Translations under genes and position numbers: made by a program | Origin: Candidatus Eiseniibacteriota bacterium | GTDB taxonomy: Bacteria > Eisenbacteria > RBG-16-71-46 | Assembly (NCBI GenBank): GCA_041483195.1 | Contig: JBGPFC010000006.1 | Location: 64,001-128,000, forward strand | Direction of reading: 5' to 3' | Length of the DNA stretch: 64,000 bases | The notes under the pieces: model-generated | What the model saw: the letters and a program-made list of their open reading frames with translations, nothing else | Database searches by the model: none | Told to the model about the DNA's origin: nothing | In this document: in pieces, positions 8,453 through 18,054 of the stretch | Layout of the letters: each line of letters opens with the position of its first letter | How positions within the stretch are numbered: the stretch's first letter is position 1

Positions 8453-11400
8453 CTACCTCAGGATCGCGATCTTCTTCTCGTGCCGGAATGCCGCCGACGG
8501 CGCGATCGCGCGCACGACGTAGATCCCGGAGGGGAGCCGGGAACCGCCCGCACCGCGCGCGTCCCATCTGAGGTCCAGCAACCCCACGGTGGTGGGTCTC
8601 GCGCCCGCGAGGAGATCCGCGACCCGCCGCCCCTGGAGATCGAACACGCCGACATCGAGGTCGGGCGGCGTGAAGCCCGCAGCGTCGGCGGGGAGGACGA
8701 TCGTGAGCGAGAGCGTCCCGTGCTCCTCGAGCGGTACCGGCCACGCCGTGATCCCTGGCCGCGGCGCCGGGAGGCTCACCCGTCCCAGTTCCGCCTCTTC
8801 GCCGAGGCCGTTCACCGCGACCAGCACGTAGGTCGCGCCCCGCTCGGTCTCATCCAGCTGCATCGGGCTCGTGGTCACGAGCGCCGGTCCCAGTCGATCG
8901 ACCTCGCCGGTGCGCGGCGCGATGCGATAGAGCCGGTAACCCGCGAGCCCGGCGCCGCCGGCTTCCGGATCGGTGGACCACGCGATCGTCACGTGGCCGG
9001 TGCCGGGTGTCACCGTGAAATCGTGAAGCGTGACGGCGGCACGGATGGCGAGCAGCGAATCGCACGTCACGCTGCCTGGCACCCGAGGATTCGAAGGCGT
9101 GAGGCGCACGCGCACCGAATCGCTCGCGGGCCGCGGCACGCGAAACGCGATCGAGTTGGTGTCCGCCCCGCCGGCGGCCTGCGCGAGCAGGCGCCAGTCG
9201 CGGCCGGCGTCGGAGGAGAGCCAGACATCCGCGGGCTCGGGGCCGAGCCAGCGCACGCTCTGGCTCCCACCCACGTCCCAGCGCTCGCCGCCCCGCGGCG
9301 AGATCACGACGTACCGGCGCGCGTCGTAGAGTGTCACCGCGCCAGCGTCGGGAACGCTTCCGTCGTGGAACGGGGCGCCGATCAGCAGGTCGTCGAATCC
9401 GTCGCCGTTCGCATCGCCCACGCCCGCCAGCGCCGCGCCGAATCGATCACCCGCCGCCCGGCCGGTCCACAGGAAGTCCGGGCTCGCGTCGGGAATCAAG
9501 CCGCCCAGGTAGACCGCGACGCGCCCGGCGTCGCGCCCCGCGGCCGCGCTGAACGGCGCGCCGATCGCGATGTCGTCGAAGCCGTCGCGATTGAGGTCGC
9601 CGGCGCCGCTCAGCGCGATGCCGAAGAACTCGCCGGCCACCGCGCCGCTCGCCGCCAGGTTCGGGGTCGCGCTGAGACGCGCGCCGCCGAAGAATTCGTA
9701 AACGCGGCCCGAGGTGGATCCGGCGGCGCCGTTGAACGGCGCGGCGATCAGCACGTCGTCGAACCCATCGCCGTTCACGTCGCCCGCCCCCGCGACCGCC
9801 GTGCCGAAGCCGTCGTGCGCGTGCTCGCCGGTGAGCGTCACCGTGGGCGTGAGCACCGGCCCGCCCGCGCCCTCGAACACGTATGCGCGGCCCGCGTCGG
9901 AACCGGCCGCGTCGTTGCCCGGGGCGCCGACCACGAAGTCGGAGAGCCGATCGGCGTTCACGTCCCCCACCCCGGCGAGCGCCGCGCCGAATCGATCGCC
10001 CGGCTTCATTCCGGACCACGCCGCGTCGGCGATCGCGTCGGGCGCGGACCCGCCGCGGTAGAGGAACACGCGTCCGGCCCCATCGCCCGCCGTGGCATCC
10101 AGCGGCGCGCCGACCAGGAGATCGTCGATGCCGTCACCGTTCGCGTCGCCCGCGCACGCGACCGATGCGCCGAAGTGCGCGCCGGAAACTCCGCCCTCGA
10201 GCACGAGGCCGGGCGTGGCCCCGGGTTCGGCGCCGCCGAAGAACACGAACGCGCGGCCGGCCTCCGGCCCCATCGCTCCATCGCCTGGCGAGCCCACCAC
10301 GACGTCGCCGAATCCGTCGTGATTGAAATCTCCGGCGGCCGCGAGGCTCAGACCGAGCGGCGCCGCCGGCGCCGGCACTTCGAGCACGAGCGGCGCGAGC
10401 GGCGCGGGACCTCCGAACATCAGCCGCACGCGGTCCGGACCGGCGCCCGATCCCGGGTCGCGACGCGATCCCGAGAGCCAATCGGGGAATCCATCGCCGT
10501 TCACGTCGCCGGCGGCCGCGATGGCGAGGCCGACCCCCTCTCCCGCGAATGTCCCGCTCGCGACGGATCGGGCGACCGTGACCGCCCTTCCCTGCGGCAC
10601 CGGAAACGCGATGCGGAAGTCGCGCCCGCTGGTGTCCGATGTGATGCGGACCGGCGGCGCCCCGCTCAGGCTCACGCGAACGCGGGCCACGCCGGTGGCC
10701 ACGGCGGGCGTCAGAATCGCCAGCGCATTCTGCGCCGCGCCGCCGGCGCCGGTCGCGAGCGCGATCCACGACGCGCCCCCATCGAGCGAGATCGCGACAT
10801 CCGCCCGCGAGTCGCCGGACCAGCGGATGGTGTCCGGCTCGCCGGCCATCCAGGTCTCACCCCCGACCGGGGCCACGAGCGTCGGATGTTTCATCGCGTA
10901 CACGTAGGCCTGCCCCGCGTTCGAGGCCCCGGTGTCGCTCTGCTTGGCTCCCACGATCAGATCGGGAAGGCCGTCCCCGTCGTAGTCCCCGGCCGACGCG
11001 ACCGCGATCCCGAAATTGTCGCCGGCGCGCGCGCCGCTGAGGACGACGTCCGCGATCGTATCCATCTGCGGGCGGCCGTAGTAAACGTACGCGCGCCCGG
11101 CGTCGAGCCCCGCGGCGTCGTTGCGGTAGGCGCCGATGATGATGTCGTCGAACCCGTCCGCGTTGAGGTCGCCGGCCGAGGCCACCGCTGCGCCGAACTC
11201 GTCGGCGAAGCCCTTTCCCGTGAACACCGCGTCGGGCGTGCCGTGCAGGCTGCGACCGCCGAGGTAAAGGAACGCGGCGCCCGCGTCCTGCGTCGCGGTG
11301 TCGTTGAATTGCGCTCCGACGAGCAGGTCGTCGAATCCATCCCCGTTGACGTCGCCGGCGGATGCGAGGGACCCTCCGAAACGGTCGCTCTTCAGGCCGG

Positions 11401-14323
11401 TGAGCACGAGGGCGGCGGCGGAGTTGGGTTGCGGCCCGCCCAGGAACACGTAGACCGAGCCCGGAGTGTTGGAGCTGATCTCGGGGTCGGCCACGGCGAC
11501 GTCGGCGTAGCCATCGCCGTTCATGTCGCCCGCCGCGGCGACCACGGTGCCGAAGTTGTTGGCGAAGCCGGAGGGAGCCATCGCCCAGTCGGCGATCGCA
11601 TCGGGCTGCGGGCCCCCGAAGTAGCAGAGGGCAGTCGGGGGATCCGGGCTCACGGTCTGGTTGCTGATCACGATGTCGTCGTAGCCGTCACCGTTCACGT
11701 CCCCGACGCCCGCGACCGTGGTGCCGACCCTGAAGCGTGTCTGGCTGCCGCCGATCTTCAGATCGGCAACCGAATCCGGATCCTCCCCTCCGAAATAGAC
11801 GAACGCGGTCCCGAAGGCGATCCCCGCGCTGCCGCCGTAGTCCGGCGCGCCGATGATCACGTCGTCGAAGCCATCGCCGTTCATGTCACCCGCGGACGCG
11901 ACGGCGGTTCCGAAGTGAGCGCCGATCGAGTTGCTGATGAAGGTCACGTCGGGGCGATCGTCCGCGTTCGGCCCGCCGAAGAACAGATAGGCACGCCCCA
12001 CGTCCGAGATCGTCGGCGAGTCGAAGCTCGGCGCGCCCACGATGACGTCGTCGTACCCGTCGCCGTTGAAGTCCCCGGCCGACGCTACCGTGACGCCGAA
12101 ATTCGCCCCGATCGCTGCGATGAACGGCGCGATGACGGTGCGCATCGGCAACGGTGAGTACGGCGGAGGCGTGAGGTTGTAGAACGGCGCATCGCTCACG
12201 TCGTACGACCCGGCCTCGAGCGGCAGGCCGTGCGCGCTCACCCGCACGCGCATCTGGAGCGAGACCGTGGCCGGCGCGGTCACGGACATGGAATTGTCGG
12301 GGGCGCCGCCGACATCGGACGCGATCGTGCTCCAGGTGACGCCGTCGTCGAACGAGAGCGCGATGTCGGCACGCGTGGATCCGCGCCAGTGGACGGTCGC
12401 GGGCCGGCCCGCATCCCACAGCTCCCCGCCGTTGGGGCTCACCAGTTCGAAGCGCACGAGCCGCAGCCTGCCGACGCTGGTCACCGACGAAAGCGCCGAG
12501 ATCGGGAGACCGCTCGCGCTGACGCGGACGGTCGCGGACGCGGTGGTGAGCGCGGGCACGATGACCCGGAGCACATTGAGGCGGCTGCCCCCCACCCCGC
12601 TCGCGAGCGGCGTCCAGCTGAGTCCGCCGTCCACCGAGATCGCGACATCCGCGCGCAGCGCGCCGTACCAGCTGACGGTATCGGCCGCCCCCACCAGCCA
12701 GGTCTCGCCGTCGCGGGGCCGATCGAGCGTGTAGGCCGCGATCTGAAATGGCCCGTCGCTCACGTCTGCGAACTTGCCGGTGGGGGCATGCCCGGTGATG
12801 CTCGCGCGGATGAGCGCGGCCGCGCACACCGTGTCGGGGACGGTCTGGACGATGGACGTGGTCGAGGCGGGAACGCTCGAGGCGAGCGTGCGCCAGCTGG
12901 CCCCGCCGTCGAGCGAGAGCGCGACGTCGGTGAGATTCTGCCCGCGCCATCCGATCCACATCGAGTCCCCGCCGTGAAGGATCTCGCCTCCATTCGGGCT
13001 CGCGACCTGGATGAGGTCGGCCACCACGACGTAGACCCGTCCATTCGGGTCCCAGGTGCCGGGGCGCCCCCCATAGCCGACCAGCAACTCTTGCACGCCA
13101 TCCCCGTCGAGGTCACCGGCCGCGGCGAGCGCCATCGGAATGGGAAAATTGGACTCGGGCGGGATGAACACGAGGTCCGGGTTGTTCTCCACAGGATTGC
13201 CGCCGAGGTAGACCATGGCCCGCCAGTAGTCGCCGGTGGCGATGTCGTTGAGCCCGTCGCCGTTCATGTCCAGACCCCCGACGGCGGCACGCCCGCCGCC
13301 GAACCACTGGCCGATGGCCAGATCCTCCCCGGGGTGTCCGTAGTAGAGGTACGTGCTGTTCGCCACCACCTCGGTCGCGATGACGTCGTCGATCCCGTCG
13401 CCATTCACGTCGCCCACGCTGCCCGTCACGGTGCCGAGCTGCCCGTAGAAGTTGAAGCCGAACGATTGGAGATCGGCGTAGCTGTCGAGCAGGGGCCCGC
13501 CGAGGTAGATGGAGATGTGCCCCCCCTGGGTGGCGAACACCGTCGCCATCGGCTCGCCCACGATGAAGTCGGGATACCCGTCGTGATTGAAGTCCCCCGC
13601 GGAACCCACCGCGAATCCGAACTTCCCTCCCGGGAAGCCCCCGTGCAGCTCGAGATCCGCGATGCTGTCGGGTTGGGGTCCACCGAAGTAGACGTAGACC
13701 TGCCCGTAGTCGGTCTGGCCCGAATCGGTCGGCGCGCCAACCAGCACGTCGTCGAATCCGTCGGCGTTGATGTCGCCAACCCCCGCCACCGACCATCCGA
13801 AGCTCGTGGTCGGGCGGGTGGGGTTCAGCACCAGATCTGGAATCGAGTCCGCCGCCGGGCCGCCGAAGTAAATGCGCGCCCGTCCGGTGAGGCGCCCGTC
13901 GGTCCACTCCGCCGGTGATCCGACGATGAGATCCTGAAACCCATCGCCATTGAAATCCCCGGCCCACGCGACCGACTGGCCGAATGATGAAGCCGGGCCG
14001 CCGCTCTCGAAGCGGAGATCGGGGAGCGAATCCATCCCGGCCCCGCCGCGGAACAGCAGCACCCGACCGTCGCCGCTTCCGGCGGGGAAACCCGGCGCGC
14101 CGACCGCCACGTCTGGGAGACCATCGCCATCGAAATCGCGGCCGCCCGCGACCGATGCCCCGAACAGGTCGCCGGTCTGCGCGCCTTCGAGGGTCAGTTG
14201 CACATGCGAGGGGAGCTGTGCCCGGGAGGGCGCCGCGACCAGGGCGAGCGCGACCACCAGCGCCGCGAGCGCGCGTGGAGCGGGAGGTAGGTGCGGGGCC
14301 CGGGCCGAAGCGCGCATCGTCAC
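8453..14323 (-). CDS. Large secreted FG-GAP (integrin-alpha-like) repeat protein with FlgD-Ig/T9SS-like C-terminal domain
   Basis: Signal peptide; 21 GDxNxDG-type repeats in three blocks of 7; PNGGE..W..SxDGGxxW Ig-like spacers; C-terminus GVFDLQGRRV..WD..PSGIYVVRA..KKIAILR. Start GTG 14323 or ATG 14317. Confidence 0.9.
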   Translation of the reverse strand: MTMRASARAPHLPPAPRALAALVVALALVAAPSRAQLPSHVQLTLEGAQTGDLFGASVAGGRDFDGDGLPDVAVGAPGFPAGSGDGRVLLFRGGAGMDSLPDLRFESGGPASSFGQSVAWAGDFNGDGFQDLIVGSPAEWTDGRLTGRARIYFGGPAADSIPDLVLNPTRPTTSFGWSVAGVGDINADGFDDVLVGAPTDSGQTDYGQVYVYFGGPQPDSIADLELHGGFPGGKFGFAVGSAGDFNHDGYPDFIVGEPMATVFATQGGHISIYLGGPLLDSYADLQSFGFNFYGQLGTVTGSVGDVNGDGIDDVIATEVVANSTYLYYGHPGEDLAIGQWFGGGRAAVGGLDMNGDGLNDIATGDYWRAMVYLGGNPVENNPDLVFIPPESNFPIPMALAAAGDLDGDGVQELLVGYGGRPGTWDPNGRVYVVVADLIQVASPNGGEILHGGDSMWIGWRGQNLTDVALSLDGGASWRTLASSVPASTTSIVQTVPDTVCAAALIRASITGHAPTGKFADVSDGPFQIAAYTLDRPRDGETWLVGAADTVSWYGALRADVAISVDGGLSWTPLASGVGGSRLNVLRVIVPALTTASATVRVSASGLPISALSSVTSVGRLRLVRFELVSPNGGELWDAGRPATVHWRGSTRADIALSFDDGVTWSTIASDVGGAPDNSMSVTAPATVSLQMRVRVSAHGLPLEAGSYDVSDAPFYNLTPPPYSPLPMRTVIAPFIAAIGANFGVTVASAGDFNGDGYDDVIVGAPSFDSPTISDVGRAYLFFGGPNADDRPDVTFISNSIGAHFGTAVASAGDMNGDGFDDVIIGAPDYGGSAGIAFGTAFVYFGGEDPDSVADLKIGGSQTRFRVGTTVAGVGDVNGDGYDDIVISNQTVSPDPPTALCYFGGPQPDAIADWAMAPSGFANNFGTVVAAAGDMNGDGYADVAVADPEISSNTPGSVYVFLGGPQPNSAAALVLTGLKSDRFGGSLASAGDVNGDGFDDLLVGAQFNDTATQDAGAAFLYLGGRSLHGTPDAVFTGKGFADEFGAAVASAGDLNADGFDDIIIGAYRNDAAGLDAGRAYVYYGRPQMDTIADVVLSGARAGDNFGIAVASAGDYDGDGLPDLIVGAKQSDTGASNAGQAYVYAMKHPTLVAPVGGETWMAGEPDTIRWSGDSRADVAISLDGGASWIALATGAGGAAQNALAILTPAVATGVARVRVSLSGAPPVRITSDTSGRDFRIAFPVPQGRAVTVARSVASGTFAGEGVGLAIAAAGDVNGDGFPDWLSGSRRDPGSGAGPDRVRLMFGGPAPLAPLVLEVPAPAAPLGLSLAAAGDFNHDGFGDVVVGSPGDGAMGPEAGRAFVFFGGAEPGATPGLVLEGGVSGAHFGASVACAGDANGDGIDDLLVGAPLDATAGDGAGRVFLYRGGSAPDAIADAAWSGMKPGDRFGAALAGVGDVNADRLSDFVVGAPGNDAAGSDAGRAYVFEGAGGPVLTPTVTLTGEHAHDGFGTAVAGAGDVNGDGFDDVLIAAPFNGAAGSTSGRVYEFFGGARLSATPNLAASGAVAGEFFGIALSGAGDLNRDGFDDIAIGAPFSAAAGRDAGRVAVYLGGLIPDASPDFLWTGRAAGDRFGAALAGVGDANGDGFDDLLIGAPFHDGSVPDAGAVTLYDARRYVVISPRGGERWDVGGSQSVRWLGPEPADVWLSSDAGRDWRLLAQAAGGADTNSIAFRVPRPASDSVRVRLTPSNPRVPGSVTCDSLLAIRAAVTLHDFTVTPGTGHVTIAWSTDPEAGGAGLAGYRLYRIAPRTGEVDRLGPALVTTSPMQLDETERGATYVLVAVNGLGEEAELGRVSLPAPRPGITAWPVPLEEHGTLSLTIVLPADAAGFTPPDLDVGVFDLQGRRVADLLAGARPTTVGLLDLRWDARGAGGSRLPSGIYVVRAIAPSAAFRHEKKIAILR

Positions 14324-17300
14324 TACCTCAGGAGCAGGATTCGAGCACCTGCCGACGCGTTCCCATTCAGCAGGCGTGCGAAATAAATTCCAGCCGGCAT
14401 CGCCCGCCCCCGCGTGTCACGCCCGTCCCAGATCATGCGCCCTTCCCGGCCGGTGACCGCGGTGTAAGACAGCAGCCGGCCCGAGAGATCGTAAATGTGA
14501 ATGCTCTGCTCGAGCGATGGGCTCGCGCCGCTCTGCCAGAAGATCTCGACCGGCGCGTGAGCCGGCGTCGCTCCCGGCGCGAGTGCCAGTCCGCGATTCG
14601 GCGCGATCGGGCTCGCGAGCTTCTCGATCACGTTGGAGATCCGCGAGCGGTTGCCGGCGCCATCGACCGCGGCCAGCGCGAAGTGGTAGACCACTCCGCG
14701 CTCGAGCCCGGTCACCCGCGCAGATTCCTCGCCACCGGCCTCGTGCGTCGCCGCCACCTCGAGCCGAACCGGCGCATCATCGAAATTCGTCGCGTCGATC
14801 GGCGCCGGGCCGCCGCGGATGAGGTAGCGCGCGGGCATTCCTTGATTGCCGTCGTCGCCGGTCGCGGTCCACGCCAGCGTCACGCTGGTGTTGCCGCTCG
14901 CGACCACGGACAGATCGGCGATCGCGGCGGGGGCCACGCGCGTGGTGGTCATCGAGAATGGGTTCGACAGCGGGCTCGCGTTTCCTGCCGCGTCCACGCT
15001 GCGGAGCGCAAAGTAGTATCGCGTGCCCTCCTCCAACCCGTTCACCCGCACGCTGTCGGCGTGGCCCGTCGCGCCGGGGAACGGAAGCCCGCCCACGCGA
15101 ATCGCGCTCGTGAAGGTGCTCTCATCGATCGGGGCCGTCGCGTACCGGATGTCGTAGCGGCTCACCCGCCCGCCGAGCCCGGGATCGAGGGGCGCGCTCC
15201 ACGCGAGCGCGACGCTGGTGTCGGTCGCCGCGCCCCCATCCAGATCGAGAACGGCGAGCGGGGCCAGGTCGTCGATCACCCCGAGCGGCGGCGCGTAGAG
15301 GCGGCTGCCGGTCCGCGCGTAGTTGCCGCGCGAGGTGGGCCACTGCTGAGCCCCCGCGCCGAACGTGCCGATCCCCGCGTCGTACACGAACAACACCAAG
15401 TCGGCGCCGGCTCCCGCCACGATCTCGGTGGCGCCGTCGCCGTCCACGTCGTCGATGGCGAGATCCACCCCCGGCTGGCCGGCCTTCGGAAATCCACGCA
15501 GATCCTTGGCGCTCGCGTTCATTCCGATCAGCTGCGCGCCGCTCGATTTTCGCACGCACATCGCGATGCCGGGCCCGCCCCCCGGAACGAGCGCACCCAC
15601 CACCGGCGCGCCGAACACGGGCGAGCCGAGTGCCCGTGGCCACCCGCGCGATGTGAGCGGAAGGCCCGAGCCGTCGAGTACCACCAGCTGCTCTGGCGAT
15701 GTGCGCGCGAGCAGGATCTCGTCGCGGCCGTCGCCATCGATGTCCGCCAGCGCCGGGGAACCGAACTGCGTTCCGGACACGGCGACATCGAGCCGCTGCA
15801 CCGCCAGGGAATTGTACGCGGTGAGCCGATCGCCCGCCGCCATGAGGATCGAGGCGGAGGTGTCGGCGCCGAGCCGGGTGACGACCGGCGGCGTCGGAAG
15901 AAATTGTATCTGCACCGGCCAGTTCGGCAGCTCGTTCCCGTCACCGGTCAGGACGTGCAGGCTGCCCCAGAAATTCGCGGCCACGATCTCGGCCCCGGGG
16001 AGACCATCGATATCGGAGAGCGCGATCAGATTGCTCTCGCCGCTTCCGCCGATGCGGCGCGGAAATCCCGGGAGCCGCGTGCCGTCGCGATGCCACGCGT
16101 ACACGTTGCCGTCCACTCCACCCCAGATCACGTCGAACACGCCGTCACCATCCACGTCGCCAAGCACCGGCTCGAGGGTGGCCACGTGGCTGGTTCGCGT
16201 GGCGGTGACCGGCCATCCGGCGAGCGCCCGTCCCGCCGCGTCGAATCCGAAGATGCGAGCATCGTCCACCGCGACGAACACGCCCGGCCCGCGCCCGTCG
16301 CCGAGATCGGCCGCGCTCACGCCCCCCACCGGGGGCGACGGGAGCGCCACCTCGTTCAGCGTCGCGCCGGTCAAGCCGTCGAGGAAGAGCAGGCGGCTGT
16401 CGGCCGATGCGATCACGATGCGCCGCGCGCCCGACGAGGCGGGCAGGATGACCGCCGCGCCGACTGTGCGTGCGGACGAGGGCAACGCGAGCGAGGTCGG
16501 GGGATCGGCGAGCGCCCGATAGGCGTTGATCCGCCCGGTGCCCCAACCGGTGACGCCCGGATTCGCCGACGTCATGTCGTCAGTGGTGTCCATCAGTCGC
16601 ATCTTGAGCGCGAAGGGGCTGAGCGGCGGCAGGCCGTGCGCGCGCCGATTCGCCTGCACCAGCGCGGCGACGCCCGCCGCGACCGGCGCGGCGAACGACG
16701 TGCCGTTCGCGCCCGTGGTGTAGCCGGGCTGGCGGGCGCCGAGACTGTCGGTGCCGACGCGCTGGAGCCTCGTCGTCGCGAGATTGGAGCCGGGCGCGCA
16801 GAGGTCGACGAACGCGCCCTTGTTAGAGAACAACGCGAGCTTGTCGTTCGGGTCGGTGGCGCCGACCGACAGCGCGTCGCCGCGGTCGCTCAGGTAATGT
16901 TGGCCGTCCCCGTTGTTGCCAGCGGCCGCGACCACGAGCACGCCCGCCGCGGTCGCCGCGTCGACGGCCGCGACCAGATCGGGCTGCGCCACGGATGTGA
17001 ACGAGCAGTTGATGAGGCTCGCTCCCATCCGCGTCGCGTAGCGGATCGCCTTCGCGGCGAGGCTCAAGTCCACGAGGGCGCCGGTGTTCAGCGGCGCCGT
17101 CCAGCCCACGCGCAGCGCCATGAGCCGCACCTTCCACGCCGTCCCCGCCACGCCGATTCGGTTGTTCGTCAGCGCCCCGACGACCCCCGACACCAGCGTC
17201 CCGTGCCCGAAGTGATCGTTCGGATCGTTGTCCTCGTCCCGCCAGTCTTCGCCGGGTTCCACGTTGGCTGCGCTTCCGAGGTTGACGAAATCCCATCCCC

Positions 17301-18054
17301 ACGCGTCGTCCACGAACCCGTTGCCGTCGTCGTCGACGCCCGGCGTTCCGCCCGCCTCCGCCCAGTTCGTCCACAGCTGCCCGCGCAGCCCCGGCTCGCT
17401 GCCGCTCAGGTCCGGGTGGTATGGAATCACCCCGGTATCCACGATCGCCACGATCACGTTCGTGTCCCCGGTCGTGATCGACCACGCTTCCGGCGCGTGG
17501 ATGTCGCGCCGGTTCGCCGGCTGGTAGAAATAGTTCGCGGCGCTCCACAGCGAATCGTCCGGCATCACCGTTGATACCGGCATCACCGCGATCGGATCGG
17601 CACTCGCCACCTCCGAGAGCCCATGGAGCGAGGCCAGCGTAGCTTCGCGATCCGCGCCGGCCGCCAGGTGCAGGATCCAGAACGCCGTGAAGTCGATCGC
17701 GCGCGAGCCCGGCGCGGGCGGCACCTCGCCCCGGAATTCGGGCTCGAAGCGCGCGCCGTACCGCGACGCCACCCGATCGAGCGCCGGCACCCCGATCCGC
17801 TCGAGCGGTGGCGCGCCCGCCGCGAGGCCGCGCGCGCCCGCGGTCTGCGTGGCGCGCGCCGCGATCGCCGCGGCCGACGGCGAGAGCCTCACGACCAGAC
17901 GGTCGGGAACGGTCGTGGGCTCCGGCGCGAGGGACGCGTCGAGGGTCTCGGTCGGGTTCGCGATCTCGGCACGGACGGGCGAATACGATACGCCCGCGAG
18001 CACGAGCAGAGCGGACAGGACGGCGACCGGGCCGGAATTCATCCGAAGAATCAT
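14323..18054 (-). CDS. Secreted S8 (subtilisin-family) serine peptidase with FG-GAP/VCBS repeats, two FN3 domains and FlgD-Ig/T9SS-like CTD
   Basis: Catalytic triad motifs VAIVDTG, HGT, GTSFAAP; oxyanion AAGNN; DxDGDG repeats; LAWSAP/LAWTATG FN3-like domains; IYDLSGR..WDGRD..AGIYFARL. Confidence 0.93.
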   Translation of the reverse strand: MILRMNSGPVAVLSALLVLAGVSYSPVRAEIANPTETLDASLAPEPTTVPDRLVVRLSPSAAAIAARATQTAGARGLAAGAPPLERIGVPALDRVASRYGARFEPEFRGEVPPAPGSRAIDFTAFWILHLAAGADREATLASLHGLSEVASADPIAVMPVSTVMPDDSLWSAANYFYQPANRRDIHAPEAWSITTGDTNVIVAIVDTGVIPYHPDLSGSEPGLRGQLWTNWAEAGGTPGVDDDGNGFVDDAWGWDFVNLGSAANVEPGEDWRDEDNDPNDHFGHGTLVSGVVGALTNNRIGVAGTAWKVRLMALRVGWTAPLNTGALVDLSLAAKAIRYATRMGASLINCSFTSVAQPDLVAAVDAATAAGVLVVAAAGNNGDGQHYLSDRGDALSVGATDPNDKLALFSNKGAFVDLCAPGSNLATTRLQRVGTDSLGARQPGYTTGANGTSFAAPVAAGVAALVQANRRAHGLPPLSPFALKMRLMDTTDDMTSANPGVTGWGTGRINAYRALADPPTSLALPSSARTVGAAVILPASSGARRIVIASADSRLLFLDGLTGATLNEVALPSPPVGGVSAADLGDGRGPGVFVAVDDARIFGFDAAGRALAGWPVTATRTSHVATLEPVLGDVDGDGVFDVIWGGVDGNVYAWHRDGTRLPGFPRRIGGSGESNLIALSDIDGLPGAEIVAANFWGSLHVLTGDGNELPNWPVQIQFLPTPPVVTRLGADTSASILMAAGDRLTAYNSLAVQRLDVAVSGTQFGSPALADIDGDGRDEILLARTSPEQLVVLDGSGLPLTSRGWPRALGSPVFGAPVVGALVPGGGPGIAMCVRKSSGAQLIGMNASAKDLRGFPKAGQPGVDLAIDDVDGDGATEIVAGAGADLVLFVYDAGIGTFGAGAQQWPTSRGNYARTGSRLYAPPLGVIDDLAPLAVLDLDGGAATDTSVALAWSAPLDPGLGGRVSRYDIRYATAPIDESTFTSAIRVGGLPFPGATGHADSVRVNGLEEGTRYYFALRSVDAAGNASPLSNPFSMTTTRVAPAAIADLSVVASGNTSVTLAWTATGDDGNQGMPARYLIRGGPAPIDATNFDDAPVRLEVAATHEAGGEESARVTGLERGVVYHFALAAVDGAGNRSRISNVIEKLASPIAPNRGLALAPGATPAHAPVEIFWQSGASPSLEQSIHIYDLSGRLLSYTAVTGREGRMIWDGRDTRGRAMPAGIYFARLLNGNASAGARILLLR